Positions 17,291-27,490 of a stretch of 64,000 nucleotides of DNA are shown here, piece by piece; positions within the stretch are counted from its first letter, which is position 1, and the number at the start of each line of letters is the position of its first letter. Origin of the DNA: Candidatus Nealsonbacteria bacterium (lineage in GTDB: Bacteria > Patescibacteriota > Minisyncoccia > Minisyncoccales > PWPS01); the NCBI GenBank assembly GCA_003555075.1, contig PWHW01000002.1:14856-78855 (forward strand). The letters are read 5' to 3'. A program made the position numbers and the translations under genes. The notes beneath the pieces are model-generated. The model saw only the letters and a program-made list of their open reading frames with translations. It made no database searches and had not been told where the DNA came from.

Positions 17291-17364
17291 TCGGGCCGGC
17301 CGGATTTGAACCGGCGATCTCACGCACCCCATGCGTGCGCCCTAAGCCTCTAGGCCACGGCCCG
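17291..17364 (-). tRNA. tRNA-Pro (anticodon GGG), CCA not encoded
   Basis: Acceptor CGGGCCG/CGGCCCG, anticodon arm CACGC-AUGGGGU-GCGUG, T-arm GCCGGTTCAAATCCGGC. Confidence 0.88.
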
Positions 17365-17365
17365 C

Positions 17366-17587
17366 TCACTTATTCTTACTCAAGGTCTTGATACACCTTG
17401 TACATGCAACCACTTTTTTTCCTGCAAATTCCTTTAGTTCTTTTTGAGAAACACTATGAGGAACAACAATCCTTTGCAAATTAGGCTGCTTCTTTCTTTT
17501 CGGGGTTGGATTGTATTTGGACATCAACTTCTTTCTTCCTCTTTCCATTGCAGGTGATTTTCCGCAAACATCACACTTTTTCGACAT
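17366..17587 (-). CDS. rpmB: 50S ribosomal protein L28
   Basis: MSKKCDVCGK...PNLQ pattern typical of L28. The C-terminus has CTRC, the zinc-binding form. Confidence 0.85.
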   Translation of the reverse strand: MSKKCDVCGKSPAMERGRKKLMSKYNPTPKRKKQPNLQRIVVPHSVSQKELKEFAGKKVVACTRCIKTLSKNK

Positions 17588-17657
17588 CTTATTTTAGTGA
17601 AATTATCTTATAACGCAAGCTACATTATAAAGGAAAAAATATTTTTTTCAAGGAAAA

Positions 17658-17686
17658 TAAAAAAAGCGGGTTATAATTATACCCGC
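17658..17686 (-). terminator. Intrinsic terminator for 17677-18450
   Basis: On the minus strand: GCGGGT...ACCCGC stem followed by TTTTTTTATTTT. The stop codon lies in the loop. Confidence 0.55.
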
Positions 17687-18450
17687 TCTTTAAAGGGTCT
17701 ATTTTTCATTATCTCTTCTATCGTTTCAAGATCATGCTGGTCATCCACATCCATTCCCAATTCGAAAAAATGAGAAAAGATCGGCTTGGCACTTATATTG
17801 TAACGATTTATACGGTCCAATATTTTGTCGATGGAAAGCCCTCCTACAAGATAAAGGAACGGTATCGCTATCCCAAAAAGGGAAGCCATTTTCAAAGGAC
17901 GCTTTCTTGACATCATTATCTTTTCTGTAAGATCCCCGAATTGTTGTAATTTTTTAGGATTCAAACGAAAGATATTTCCTCCGGCAAAAGTACCTTCCTT
18001 TAGAGTTACGAAAGTCTTCTTTATTTCCGGAGGAAAGCACTCCTTGCTTATGAGAGGATAATAAAAATCATGATCACCGGGATATGATCTTTCCAGGAAA
18101 TCGCTAATTGCTTCTTTGGAGATAAAGGGAATATCCGAAGAGCTGACAATGATACTCTTATCTTTCTGGAACACCTTCGAGCCCTTTATGATATTATCGG
18201 TGATACAATCTTCTTGGATGACGAATTTTGCCCCGTAATCGCTTGAAATATCCTGTAGTTCCTCAGGCCCTATTACTGTTATTTCTTTCAATTCTTTCAA
18301 TTCTTGCATTGTTTCTATTATGAAACGAATCATTTCTCTACCATCTTTCATCTTGATAAGCGCTTTGCTTGACACGCCTCCCCTTTTTTCAAGGGGGGAA
18401 TCTCCGCTTCCACCTGCAAGCACAAGACAATTCACTTTTTCAAGGTTCAT
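17677..18450 (-). CDS. MobA-like NTP-transferase (nucleotidyltransferase) family protein
   Basis: N-terminal LVLAGGSG...K signature of GT-A nucleotidyltransferases. Hydrophobic segment near the C-terminus. Confidence 0.7.
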   Translation of the reverse strand: MNLEKVNCLVLAGGSGDSPLEKRGGVSSKALIKMKDGREMIRFIIETMQELKELKEITVIGPEELQDISSDYGAKFVIQEDCITDNIIKGSKVFQKDKSIIVSSSDIPFISKEAISDFLERSYPGDHDFYYPLISKECFPPEIKKTFVTLKEGTFAGGNIFRLNPKKLQQFGDLTEKIMMSRKRPLKMASLFGIAIPFLYLVGGLSIDKILDRINRYNISAKPIFSHFFELGMDVDDQHDLETIEEIMKNRPFKERV

Positions 18451-18545
18451 TTAAGATCCTCCTTTCATTTTTTTATAATACTTCTTTTCCTCTTGAATGT
18501 CAACGAGTTTGATTTAATGCAAAATTCTGTTATCATTAGTGGCGT

Positions 18546-19190
18546 ATGGAAATCTGGATGCTTATCTTTATTGTTCTTATTTTTTCGGCCATATTTCATG
18601 AGTATGCGCATGGTTATGCTGCCTACTCTCTGGGAGATCCCACGGCGAAGAATATGGGAAGACTTACATTAAATCCCATTCCTCATATAGACCCCTTTTT
18701 TACCATACTTTTGCCACTGATAATGATCGTTTTGCCAACCAATTTCATTATAGGGGGAGCAAAACCGGTTCCTGTAAACCCTTTTAATTTGCAAGGAAAA
18801 TACGCTCAATTGAAAGTTGCACTTGCAGGTCCGGGTTCAAACATTTTTTTAGCCTTTCTTTTTGGGATGTTGATTCGCTTTGTTCCTGCAATAAGCGCCA
18901 GTGAGCCTTTATTTTTCGCTTTTGCCTCGGTGGTTTTCATAAATCTTTTACTTGCTGTTTTCAATCTCTTGCCCATACCTCCCCTGGATGGATCTTATAT
19001 CATTTTTACGCTTTTTCCTTCTATTTCGGAAAAAATGAGGGTTTTCTTTGCAGATTACGGCTTTTTCATTTTAATAGCTGTTCTTATTTTATTTGCCAAT
19101 GTATTCTTTTATATACTATTTTTGATAATTTCCGTGTTGTTTTATCCCATTACCGGAATTCCTCTTGCCGAATTCTTTGCTTTGCTCTGA
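18546..19190 (+). CDS. Site-2 protease family (peptidase M50) membrane metalloprotease
   Basis: HEYAHGYAA zinc motif, [18 protein letters not shown], and multiple TM helices. Confidence 0.8.
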   Translation: MEIWMLIFIVLIFSAIFHEYAHGYAAYSLGDPTAKNMGRLTLNPIPHIDPFFTILLPLIMIVLPTNFIIGGAKPVPVNPFNLQGKYAQLKVALAGPGSNIFLAFLFGMLIRFVPAISASEPLFFAFASVVFINLLLAVFNLLPIPPLDGSYIIFTLFPSISEKMRVFFADYGFFILIAVLILFANVFFYILFLIISVLFYPITGIPLAEFFALL

Positions 19191-19248
19191 TGTCGGGAAC
19201 ATTGATGATTTGTGTAAAGAGTTTTATTTGGGTCTTTGGTATGCGGGG

Positions 19249-19276
19249 TTGACTTTGATAGAATTTTGTGTAATAT
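19249..19276 (+). promoter_or_regulatory. Candidate promoter upstream of rpsL (TTGACT-16 nt-TAATAT)
   Basis: -35 at 19249-19254 and -10 at 19271-19276. Confidence 0.45.
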
Positions 19277-19329
19277 ATGGCAGAGTAAAGGCCATTCTCT
19301 GGTCTTTGCGATTTATTTTTGAAAATTAT

Positions 19330-19743
19330 ATGCCGACAATAAATCAACTTATTAAAAAAGGAAGAAAGAAACAAAGGAAGAAGGATAAGTCTCCTGCGCT
19401 TTCTTATGATTTCAATAATGTAAGAAACAGAAGGTCCTATTATCCCTCCCCGTTCAAGAGGGGGGTTTGTACCAAAGTTACTACCATTACCCCCAAGAAA
19501 CCAAATTCGGCACTTCGTAAGGTGGCGAGGGTTCGTGTTTCGAACGGAGCGGAGGTTACCGCCTATATTCCCGGCGAAGGACACAAGCTGCAAGAGCATT
19601 CTGTAGTTCTTATAAGAGGTGGAAGAGTAAAGGATCTTCCCGGTGTAAGATATCATGTGGTGAGAGGGGCTTTGGATACTACCGGAGTGGAAGGAAAGAA
19701 GGGGTCTCGAAGTAAGTATGGAACCAAAAAGGACCAAAAATAA
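19330..19743 (+). CDS. rpsL: 30S ribosomal protein S12
   Basis: [12 protein letters not shown]...[16 protein letters not shown]...[10 protein letters not shown]. The internal ATG is chosen over the 55-aa upstream extension of the track ORF. Confidence 0.95.
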   Translation: MPTINQLIKKGRKKQRKKDKSPALSYDFNNVRNRRSYYPSPFKRGVCTKVTTITPKKPNSALRKVARVRVSNGAEVTAYIPGEGHKLQEHSVVLIRGGRVKDLPGVRYHVVRGALDTTGVEGKKGSRSKYGTKKDQK

Positions 19744-19757
19744 TCATAAAAATAGAA

Positions 19758-20237
19758 ATGTTTGAAGAAAAAGGAAAAAAGAGCTATAAGCTGCAACCGA
19801 TAAATCCGGATCCCCGATATGAGAGCGTCATGGTTTCCAAGTTTATAAACCATGTAATGCGGAAAGGTAAAAAGGATACTGCAAGAAAAATAGTTTACAA
19901 GGTCTTTGATAAGATAGCGGAAAAGGAAAAGAAGGACCCTACAGAGGTTTTTGATAATGCCATTTACAACGTTTCTCCGAATATGGAGGTTCGTCCAAAG
20001 AGGGTAGGGGGAGCTACTTATCAAGTTCCCATGAAGGTAAATAAAAAAAGGGCTGTCAGCCTTTCCATGAGGTGGATAGTTCAAGCTGCAAGGTCGAAAA
20101 AAGGAAAAGCGATGCACGAAAAGCTTTTCGAGGAAATTTTAAACGCTTCCAAAAATGAGGGAGAGGCGGTAAAAAAGAAGGAAAACATGCACAAAATGGC
20201 CAAGGCCAACAGGGCCTTCGCATATTTGGCCAAATAA
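19758..20237 (+). CDS. rpsG: 30S ribosomal protein S7
   Basis: S7 consensus ([14 protein letters not shown]) and conserved str-operon order. Confidence 0.95.
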   Translation: MFEEKGKKSYKLQPINPDPRYESVMVSKFINHVMRKGKKDTARKIVYKVFDKIAEKEKKDPTEVFDNAIYNVSPNMEVRPKRVGGATYQVPMKVNKKRAVSLSMRWIVQAARSKKGKAMHEKLFEEILNASKNEGEAVKKKENMHKMAKANRAFAYLAK

Positions 20238-20268
20238 TCTAATGACTCTTTTTAATTTTTAGCAAAAT

Positions 20269-22383
20269 ATGCCCAGAGAATATCCCATAGACAGATACCG
20301 AAACATAGGAATCATCGCTCATATAGACGCGGGAAAGACGACTGTAACGGAGCGTTTTCTTTTTTACACAGGAATCTCTCATAAAATAGGGGAAACACAT
20401 GAGGGGGAGGCGGTCATGGATTGGATGTCCCAAGAAAAAGAAAGAGGTATAACCATTACCTCGGCGGCAACTACTTGTTTTTGGGTTCCTTCCGGACTGG
20501 AAAAGAAGAAAGAGAATGAATATAGAATAAACATAATTGATACTCCGGGACACATTGATTTTACTGCCGAGGTCCAAAGGTCTATGAGAGTTCTTGATGG
20601 AGCCATTGTCGTCTTTGACGGAGTAGCGGGAGTGGAGCCGCAATCGGAGACTGTCTGGAGGCAAGCGGATAAGTATAATGTTCCTCGGATTTGTTTCATA
20701 AATAAGATTGATAGAACGGGAGCTTCTTTTGAAGATTCTTTTCAATCTATCAAGGAAAAACTCACTTCTGATGTGGTTGCTGTGCAGCTTCCCGTGGGGG
20801 AGGAAGAGAGCTTTCAAGGAGTTATAGATCTTATTTCTATGAAATTCCTTAAGTTCGAAGGGAAGTTCGGAGAAGTGATAGAAGAAAATGAGATACCGGA
20901 AGAGATGAAGGAAAAAGCAGAGAACTGGAGGGGAGAGATGCTCGAAAAGATAGTTACTGAAGATGAAAAGCTCTTTGAGAAGTATATGGAAGGTCAGGAA
21001 ATAGAAAAGGAGGAGATAAGGAATGCTTTGCGCAAAGCAACTCTGAATTACAAAGCCGTTCCTTTATTCTGTGGCACTGCTTTGAAGAATAAAGGGGTTC
21101 AGCCGGTACTTGATGCAATTTGTCATTATTTTCCCGCTCCTACTGATCTTCCTCCTGTGGAAGGGGTTCACCCAAAAACGGGAGAAGAAATGGTGCGTAA
21201 CTTGAATGATGACGAACCATTCTCGGCCCTGGCCTTTAAACTCGCAAATGATCCATATGTCGGGAGCCTTACTTTTATGAGAGTTTATTCCGGGAAATTA
21301 TCGGGTGGATCCTACATTCTTAATGCCAATAACGGAAAAAAAGAACGTATAAGCCGTATTTTAAGAATGCATGCCGATAAACGTGAGGAGCTTGGAGAGA
21401 TATATGCAGGTGATATTGTGGCAGCAGTAGGATTAAAGGAAACTTATACCGGACACACCCTTTCTGATGAGAATGATCCCATAATACTTGAAGAAATAAG
21501 TTTTCCTGAGCCTGTGGTGTCTATAAGGGTAGAGCCCAAGACCAGAGAGGATCAAGAAAAAATGGGTATTGCGCTAAGGAAGCTTTCAGAAGAGGACCCC
21601 ACCTTTCGAGTATATGGGGATGAAGAGACGGGGGAAACAGTGATCTCCGGAATGGGAGAGTTGCACCTTGATATCATTATCGACAGACTAAAAAGGGAAT
21701 TTAAAGTAGATGCTCAAGTGGGACAACCTCAGGTAGCTTATAAGGAAGCAATAAGAAAAGAAGCGGAAGCAGAAGGAAAATATGTCAAACAAAGTGGCGG
21801 AAGAGGGCAATATGGACATGTCAATCTTCGTATTGAACCTCTCAAGGATAGTGATAAGCGGCTTGAGTTCGTGGATGAGATAAAAGGAGGTGTGATCCCT
21901 CAAGAGTTCATTCCGGCAGTAGAGAAGGGAATAGAGGAAGTAATGGACGAAGGAATACTTGCGGGATGCCCCATTGTGAATGTAAAAGCCACGCTTTATG
22001 ACGGTTCTTTTCATGAAGTGGACTCTTCCAAGATGGCTTTCAAGATAGCCGGCTCTATTGGATTCAAAGAAGCTTACAAAAAAGCAGATCCCGTTGTTCT
22101 GGAGCCCTATATGAAAGTGGAAGTTATCATTCCTGCCGAATTTTTAGGGGATGTCATGGGTGATATTTCTTCAAGGAGGGGCGAAGTGGAATCCAGCGAG
22201 GAAACAAAAGGAAAGATAACTCAGAAAGTCATCAAGGCAAAGGTACCACTTGCAGAGATGTTCGGTTATGTAACCACCTTGCGTTCTCTTACTAAGGGGC
22301 GAGGAAATTATTCCATGGAGTTTGACAGCTACAGAGAAGTTCCTTATAATATTGCGCAGGAAATTATGCGTGGTGAAAGGTAG
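20269..22383 (+). CDS. fusA: Elongation factor G
   Basis: G-domain motifs [17 protein letters not shown] and NKIDR. 704 aa. Confidence 0.97.
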   Translation: MPREYPIDRYRNIGIIAHIDAGKTTVTERFLFYTGISHKIGETHEGEAVMDWMSQEKERGITITSAATTCFWVPSGLEKKKENEYRINIIDTPGHIDFTAEVQRSMRVLDGAIVVFDGVAGVEPQSETVWRQADKYNVPRICFINKIDRTGASFEDSFQSIKEKLTSDVVAVQLPVGEEESFQGVIDLISMKFLKFEGKFGEVIEENEIPEEMKEKAENWRGEMLEKIVTEDEKLFEKYMEGQEIEKEEIRNALRKATLNYKAVPLFCGTALKNKGVQPVLDAICHYFPAPTDLPPVEGVHPKTGEEMVRNLNDDEPFSALAFKLANDPYVGSLTFMRVYSGKLSGGSYILNANNGKKERISRILRMHADKREELGEIYAGDIVAAVGLKETYTGHTLSDENDPIILEEISFPEPVVSIRVEPKTREDQEKMGIALRKLSEEDPTFRVYGDEETGETVISGMGELHLDIIIDRLKREFKVDAQVGQPQVAYKEAIRKEAEAEGKYVKQSGGRGQYGHVNLRIEPLKDSDKRLEFVDEIKGGVIPQEFIPAVEKGIEEVMDEGILAGCPIVNVKATLYDGSFHEVDSSKMAFKIAGSIGFKEAYKKADPVVLEPYMKVEVIIPAEFLGDVMGDISSRRGEVESSEETKGKITQKVIKAKVPLAEMFGYVTTLRSLTKGRGNYSMEFDSYREVPYNIAQEIMRGER

Positions 22384-22495
22384 TATGTTTAGCTGTGGAC
22401 TTTTTAAGCAAAATAAGATAGTATTATTTATCCAAGCAAAGAGAAAAAATTTAAATCATTATTAATCTTTTAAGTAGGTGCAAAACCAAAAAAAT

Positions 22496-23692
22496 ATGGC
22501 AAAAGAAAAATTTGAAAGAGGAAAACCTCATTTGAATGTCGGAACCATTGGTCATGTGGATCATGGTAAGACTACTCTTACCGCAGGCATAATCAATGCT
22601 CTTCATCTCAAGGGCTATCTTGATAAAAAGGTCAGTGTGGAAGAAATAGATTCTGCTCCTGAAGAAAAGGCAAGAGGGCTTACTATTTCCATCTCCCATA
22701 GAGAATATGAGACCGAAAATAGGCATTATGCTCATATTGATTGCCCCGGACATGCCGACTATGTTAAGAATATGATTACGGGTGCGGCCCAGATGGACGG
22801 CGCCATTCTGGTTGTTTCTGCAACTGATGGACCCATGCCTCAAACCAGGGAACATCTTTTGCTTGCAAGGCAAGTAGGACTTCCTTCACTGGTCGTTTTT
22901 CTTAACAAGGTTGATATGGTTGATGATCAAGAAATGATTGACTTGGTGGAATCGGAGGTAAGAGAACTTTTAAATGAGTATGAATTTCCTGGAGATGAGA
23001 TTCCTATTGTAAAAGGTTCTGCACTGAAGGCTTCGGAAGCTAGCTCTGCGGATGATGAATCTCTCAGTCCCATCATGGAGCTTGTAGAAGCGATGGATTC
23101 TTATATTCCTGCACCGGAAAGGGATGTTGACAAGCCCTTTCTTATGGCAGTGGAAGATGTTTTCTCTATTGAAGGAAGGGGTACGGTAGCTACTGGTAGA
23201 ATCGAAAGAGGAATAATTAAATCGGGTGAAGAAGTGGAGATAGTTGGTCTGCGAGACACTGCGAAGACCACTGTTGTTAGTATCGAAATGTTTAACAAGA
23301 GTCTTGACGAAGGACAAGCGGGAGATAACGCGGGAATCCTTCTCAGAGGAACAAAGAAGGATGATATAGAAAGAGGACAGGTGCTTGCAAAACCAGGATC
23401 CATTACTCCTCATACGGAATTTGAAGCTGAGGTTTACATTCTTGGAAAAGAGGAAGGAGGAAGACATACACCCTTCTTTAAAGGATACAAGCCTCAATTT
23501 TACATGAGAACCACTGATGTTACAGGAGAGGTTGATCTTCCCGAGGGAACTGAAATGGTGATGCCGGGTGATACCGCCAAGCTGAAAGCAAAGCTTATTG
23601 CTCCCATTGCGATGGAAGAAGGTATGCGCTTTGCAATTCGTGAAGGAGGAAAAACCGTAGGAGCTGGAGTGGTAAGCAAGATCACAAAATAG
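22496..23692 (+). CDS. tuf: Elongation factor Tu
   Basis: [36 protein letters not shown] and NKVD. Confidence 0.97.
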   Translation: MAKEKFERGKPHLNVGTIGHVDHGKTTLTAGIINALHLKGYLDKKVSVEEIDSAPEEKARGLTISISHREYETENRHYAHIDCPGHADYVKNMITGAAQMDGAILVVSATDGPMPQTREHLLLARQVGLPSLVVFLNKVDMVDDQEMIDLVESEVRELLNEYEFPGDEIPIVKGSALKASEASSADDESLSPIMELVEAMDSYIPAPERDVDKPFLMAVEDVFSIEGRGTVATGRIERGIIKSGEEVEIVGLRDTAKTTVVSIEMFNKSLDEGQAGDNAGILLRGTKKDDIERGQVLAKPGSITPHTEFEAEVYILGKEEGGRHTPFFKGYKPQFYMRTTDVTGEVDLPEGTEMVMPGDTAKLKAKLIAPIAMEEGMRFAIREGGKTVGAGVVSKITK

Positions 23693-23730
23693 TTAGCAAG
23701 TAAAATACCAATGATAATTGTTCTTGGTAA

Positions 23731-23757
23731 CATCCTTATGCTATAAGCATAAGGATG
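23731..23757 (+). promoter_or_regulatory. 11-bp perfect hairpin immediately upstream of rpsJ (no T-run)
   Basis: CATCCTTATGC-TATAA-GCATAAGGATG. The 3' arm contains AAGGA, 12 nt before the rpsJ ATG. Confidence 0.35.
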
Positions 23758-23767
23758 TGCTGGGAAC

Positions 23768-24115
23768 ATGGCAGTTTTAAAAAAGAAGGAAATGGCAAAA
23801 GAGAAGGATGTAAAATCGAAAATTCGTATTCGTCTTCGTGCTTATGATCATAAAGTGATCGATACCAGCGCAAGGCAAATCATTGATACTGCTTTACGAC
23901 ACGGGAGTGAAGTGGCTGGACCCACACCCCTTCCAACGGAAATAAAGAAGTATACCGTAAATCGTTCGACTTTTGTTCACAACAAATCGAAAGAGCAGTA
24001 CGAAATCCGAATACACAAAAGGATAATTGATATCCTTAATCCTGGTGCGAAGGTTCTTGATGCATTGCGCAATTTGACTTTGCCTACAGGAGTGAATATT
24101 GAGATCAAGATGTAG
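23768..24115 (+). CDS. rpsJ: 30S ribosomal protein S10
   Basis: KIRIRLRAYDHKVIDTSARQI...PLPT. An alternative start exists at 23792. Confidence 0.93.
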   Translation: MAVLKKKEMAKEKDVKSKIRIRLRAYDHKVIDTSARQIIDTALRHGSEVAGPTPLPTEIKKYTVNRSTFVHNKSKEQYEIRIHKRIIDILNPGAKVLDALRNLTLPTGVNIEIKM

Positions 24116-24213
24116 GCGGGTTTCTTGAATACGATGAGGGTTGAAGGTTTTCGTAAATGAAAATATCGAGGAAAACCTCGGTATTTAGTTTCGTCAAAAA
24201 ATAAAAGCAAAGT

Positions 24214-24822
24214 ATGAAGATGAATTTTATTCTTGGGAAAAAATTAGGAATGACTCAGGTCTTCGATGAAAAAGGAGGCGTACTTCCCGTGACCTTGGTT
24301 GAGGCTGGGCCTTGCGTGGTAACGGATGTAAAAAGCAAAGAAAGAGATGGCTATGATGCGGTGCAGCTCGGGTTTCTCAAGATCAATGAAAAAAAGATTG
24401 AGAAATCAAAAAAGAACAAACCTTATCGTTACCTAAGAGAAATAAGGGGAAATTTTGATGTTTCCCCCGGAGAAAATGTTTCCGTGGAAACCTTTTCAGA
24501 GGGTGACAAGGTAAAAGTGGAAGGGGTATCGAAAGGAAAGGGTTTTGCCGGAGTAATGAAGAGATGGAATTTCAGCGGTGCAGGGAGTAAGACCCATGGC
24601 ACTAAACACAATGAAAGAAAACCCGGTTCTATTGGTTCAATGTTTCCTCAAAGGGTCTTTAAAGGAAAGAAGATGGCTGGAAGAATGGGGACGGACAGTG
24701 TTACGATGAAGAATCTTCAAATAGTAAGCATTGATCCTGAAAAGAATATTATGGCAATCAAAGGAGCTCTTCCTGGAAAGAATAAAGGGCTCTTAAAGAT
24801 AGAAAAGTATGATGAAAGTTGA
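24214..24822 (+). CDS. rplC: 50S ribosomal protein L3
   Basis: LGKKLGMTQVFDEKG...GKGFAGVMKRWNF. Confidence 0.95.
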   Translation: MKMNFILGKKLGMTQVFDEKGGVLPVTLVEAGPCVVTDVKSKERDGYDAVQLGFLKINEKKIEKSKKNKPYRYLREIRGNFDVSPGENVSVETFSEGDKVKVEGVSKGKGFAGVMKRWNFSGAGSKTHGTKHNERKPGSIGSMFPQRVFKGKKMAGRMGTDSVTMKNLQIVSIDPEKNIMAIKGALPGKNKGLLKIEKYDES

Positions 24823-25474
24823 TTTGTACAATAAAGAAGGAAAAAAGACAGGAAAGAAGGTAGATCTTCCTGAGGAAGTGTTCGGATTGAAGGTTAATCC
24901 TGATCTTGTTTATCAAGTGATTCGTGCACAGCAGATGAGAAGAAGGCAGAATACTGCCCATACCAAGGAGAGAGGAGAAGTTAGGGGTGGAGGAAGAAAG
25001 CCTTGGAGACAAAAAGGAACCGGAAGGGCGAGACACGGATCTATACGATCTCCCATTTGGAAAGGAGGAGGTGTTACTTTCGGACCTCGCAAAGAAAGAA
25101 ATTATAAAAAAAAGATCAATAAGAAAGCTAAAAGGAAAGCTCTTTCCATGGTGCTTTCTGCAAAAAGGGAAAATGGCATGATGATCTTTATTACTGACTT
25201 GGATATAAAAGAACCCAAGACTAATGAAATGAGAAATTTACTGGAGAGAATGCCCTGTGAAGGAAGTACTTTAATACTTCTTCCTCAAGTGGATAGAAAT
25301 ATCATTCTTTCTGCGCGTAATATCGAAAAGGTTGATACCATGCAAGTGAGTGATGTAAATCCGCTGGATCTTATGTCTTATAAGAATATTATAGTTCCCA
25401 AGGAGTCACTGGAGATAATGAAAAAGAATCTTGCAAGTAACAGTGAAACAGAAAAAGAAAAAGTCACTCAATAA
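24809..25474 (+). CDS. rplD: 50S ribosomal protein L4
   Basis: RGGGRKPWRQKGTGRARHGSIRSPIWKGGG. Confidence 0.95.
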   Translation: MMKVDLYNKEGKKTGKKVDLPEEVFGLKVNPDLVYQVIRAQQMRRRQNTAHTKERGEVRGGGRKPWRQKGTGRARHGSIRSPIWKGGGVTFGPRKERNYKKKINKKAKRKALSMVLSAKRENGMMIFITDLDIKEPKTNEMRNLLERMPCEGSTLILLPQVDRNIILSARNIEKVDTMQVSDVNPLDLMSYKNIIVPKESLEIMKKNLASNSETEKEKVTQ

Positions 25475-25488
25475 TATTTAAAGAAGAG

Positions 25489-25806
25489 ATGTCCAAAAAG
25501 AATATTACAACCACAGAAAGAAGAAGCGAGAGTAAATATGTTTTAATAAAGCCTCATATCAGCGAGAAAGCTACGGATCTTTCAAATGAGGGCTTTTATG
25601 TTTTTATAGTAAAAAAGGGCGCTAACAAGAGAGAGGTAAAAGATGAAGTGGAAAAGAAGTACAAGGTTAAAGTAGAGAAAGTTATGATGATCAATGTACA
25701 TCCCAAGAAGAAGCGCATAGGAAGAACTGAAGGAGAGACAAAAGGATACAAGAAAGCTATTGTAAAATTAAAAAAAGGGCAAAATATTGATCTGGCCTTG
25801 GTATGA
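25489..25806 (+). CDS. rplW: 50S ribosomal protein L23
   Basis: Operon position and L23 pattern (LIKPHISEKA...KKAIVKL). Confidence 0.92.
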   Translation: MSKKNITTTERRSESKYVLIKPHISEKATDLSNEGFYVFIVKKGANKREVKDEVEKKYKVKVEKVMMINVHPKKKRIGRTEGETKGYKKAIVKLKKGQNIDLALV

Positions 25807-25848
25807 TGATCCAAGGCGGCAAGGTTGACCTTATTATGATTTTGTGTT

Positions 25849-26628
25849 ATGAATTCAAGGGCTAAAAAACGGAAAAATTTACTCACTCCTTTGAAAAAGA
25901 GGGCTGGAAGATCCCATCAGGGGAAGATCACGGTAAGACACAAAGGAGGAGGTGTGAAACGCTTGTATCGCGTGATCACTTTTGGCCAAGAACCTTTTGA
26001 AAAAGAAGGGAAGGTGATTGATATCGAGTACGACCCGAACAGAAGTGCCGACATTGCGCTTGTTGAGTATGAAGGAGGAGAGTGCAAGTATATCTTGGCT
26101 CCTCAGAAGCTAAGGAAGGGCGATAAGATCATTGCTTCCGAAGAAGCGGAAGTGAGACCCGGCAACAGAATGCGACTGAAGAATATTCCCGTGGGAACCA
26201 TGGTTTATAATATTGCTATTCATCCTGATGGAAAAGGAAAGTTAGTTCGCAGCGCCGGGTCGGGCGCGCTTATTCTTGCCCACGAAGGAAAGATGACTCA
26301 TTTGAGAATGCCTTCAAGAGAAGTAAGAAAGATACTTAGCGACTGTTTTGCGACCGTAGGAGAAGTTTCCAATCCTGAGCATCGTTATAGGAATCTTAAA
26401 AAGGCGGGAATTTCAAGAAAGAAAGGAGTAAGACCCACTGTCAGGGGTTCGGTGATGAATCCGGTCGATCATCCTCACGGAGGAGGAGAAGGAAGGCAGC
26501 CCATTGGCATGCCCTCTCCCAAGACGCCATGGGGTAAGAAGGCTAGAGGCGTACGTACAAGGAGAAGAAAATACACTGACAGATATATTATAAAAAGAGG
26601 TGGCAAGAAGAAAAAAGGAAAGAAATAG
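25849..26628 (+). CDS. rplB: 50S ribosomal protein L2
   Basis: GKITVRHKGGGVKR and NPVDHPHGGGEGR. An in-frame TGA at 25837 rules out a longer N-terminus. Confidence 0.95.
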   Translation: MNSRAKKRKNLLTPLKKRAGRSHQGKITVRHKGGGVKRLYRVITFGQEPFEKEGKVIDIEYDPNRSADIALVEYEGGECKYILAPQKLRKGDKIIASEEAEVRPGNRMRLKNIPVGTMVYNIAIHPDGKGKLVRSAGSGALILAHEGKMTHLRMPSREVRKILSDCFATVGEVSNPEHRYRNLKKAGISRKKGVRPTVRGSVMNPVDHPHGGGEGRQPIGMPSPKTPWGKKARGVRTRRRKYTDRYIIKRGGKKKKGKK

Positions 26629-26657
26629 TATAATCACTTAATTAAAAAAGGAGAAAT

Positions 26658-26945
26658 ATGCCCAGAAGTATCAAAAAAGGCCCCTTCATTGACGAAAAGC
26701 TGTTAAAGAAGATCAAGGATGTAAAGCCCGGTGATAAAAAGGCGGTAATAAAGACGTGGTCAAGGAATGCCGTGATCACTCCCGATATGATCGGTTACAC
26801 TTTTGGGGTTTACAACGGAAAAGAACATGTAAAGGTTTATGTTACCGAAGAGATGGTGGGCCATCTTTTGGGAGAATTTTCTCCTACCAAGAAGTTCGTG
26901 AAGCATGGTGGTAAGATGCAACGTGAGCTTGAGAAGAAGAAATAA
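26658..26945 (+). CDS. rpsS: 30S ribosomal protein S19
   Basis: [12 protein letters not shown]...[17 protein letters not shown]. Confidence 0.95.
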   Translation: MPRSIKKGPFIDEKLLKKIKDVKPGDKKAVIKTWSRNAVITPDMIGYTFGVYNGKEHVKVYVTEEMVGHLLGEFSPTKKFVKHGGKMQRELEKKK

Positions 26946-26959
26946 TTTAGAAAAATAAC

Positions 26960-27478
26960 ATGTCCGTAGAAGCAAAACTTAGATATTCCAGAATCTCTCC
27001 GAGAAAATTCCGACTTGTTGCGGATCTTATTAGAGGTTGTCATGTAACGGAAGCGGAAGAGGTGCTCAAGTTCACCACCAAGCGTCCGGCGCAACCGATG
27101 CTGAAATTATTGCGATCTGCTATTGCCAATGCGGAGCATAATTTTAATTTCAAAAAAGAGAATCTTTATATTGCGGAGGTTAGGGTAGATGGAGGACCTA
27201 TTATGAAGAGGTTTAGGCCACGTGCCCGAGGAGCTGTTTTTCCGATCCATAAAAAAACCTCTCACGTTTCAATAAAATTAAAGGAAAAAGAAGGAGGAGA
27301 GATAAAGAAGAAAGGAAAGAGAGCCAAGATCGAGAAAGTATATAAGACGGAGAAGCCGAAAGAAGAAGATGCTCCGAAAAGAAAAAAGAAAACTTCTGGA
27401 GAGGAGCAAAAGCAGAGCGAAAGCCTGAAAGATACTAAAGGAGAAAGAAAACAAGTATTTAGAAGAAAATCAATATAG
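26960..27478 (+). CDS. rplV: 50S ribosomal protein L22 with Lys/Glu-rich C-terminal extension
   Basis: RISPRKFRLVADLIRG plus the core fold, then a charged tail of about 60 aa. Confidence 0.93.
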   Translation: MSVEAKLRYSRISPRKFRLVADLIRGCHVTEAEEVLKFTTKRPAQPMLKLLRSAIANAEHNFNFKKENLYIAEVRVDGGPIMKRFRPRARGAVFPIHKKTSHVSIKLKEKEGGEIKKKGKRAKIEKVYKTEKPKEEDAPKRKKKTSGEEQKQSESLKDTKGERKQVFRRKSI

Positions 27479-27490
27479 TAAATAAACAAA

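Noticed and set aside
19165-19329. N-terminal extensions of track ORFs (rpsL 19165, ybaB 10449, rplF 30976, murA 45608, tuf 22478, map 34942, gatA 53151, secE 60717, acidic protein 10863)
   Set aside because: The extensions start at non-ATG or poorly placed codons, run through promoter or terminator sequence, and add residues absent from the conserved family N-termini. Internal ATGs were used instead.
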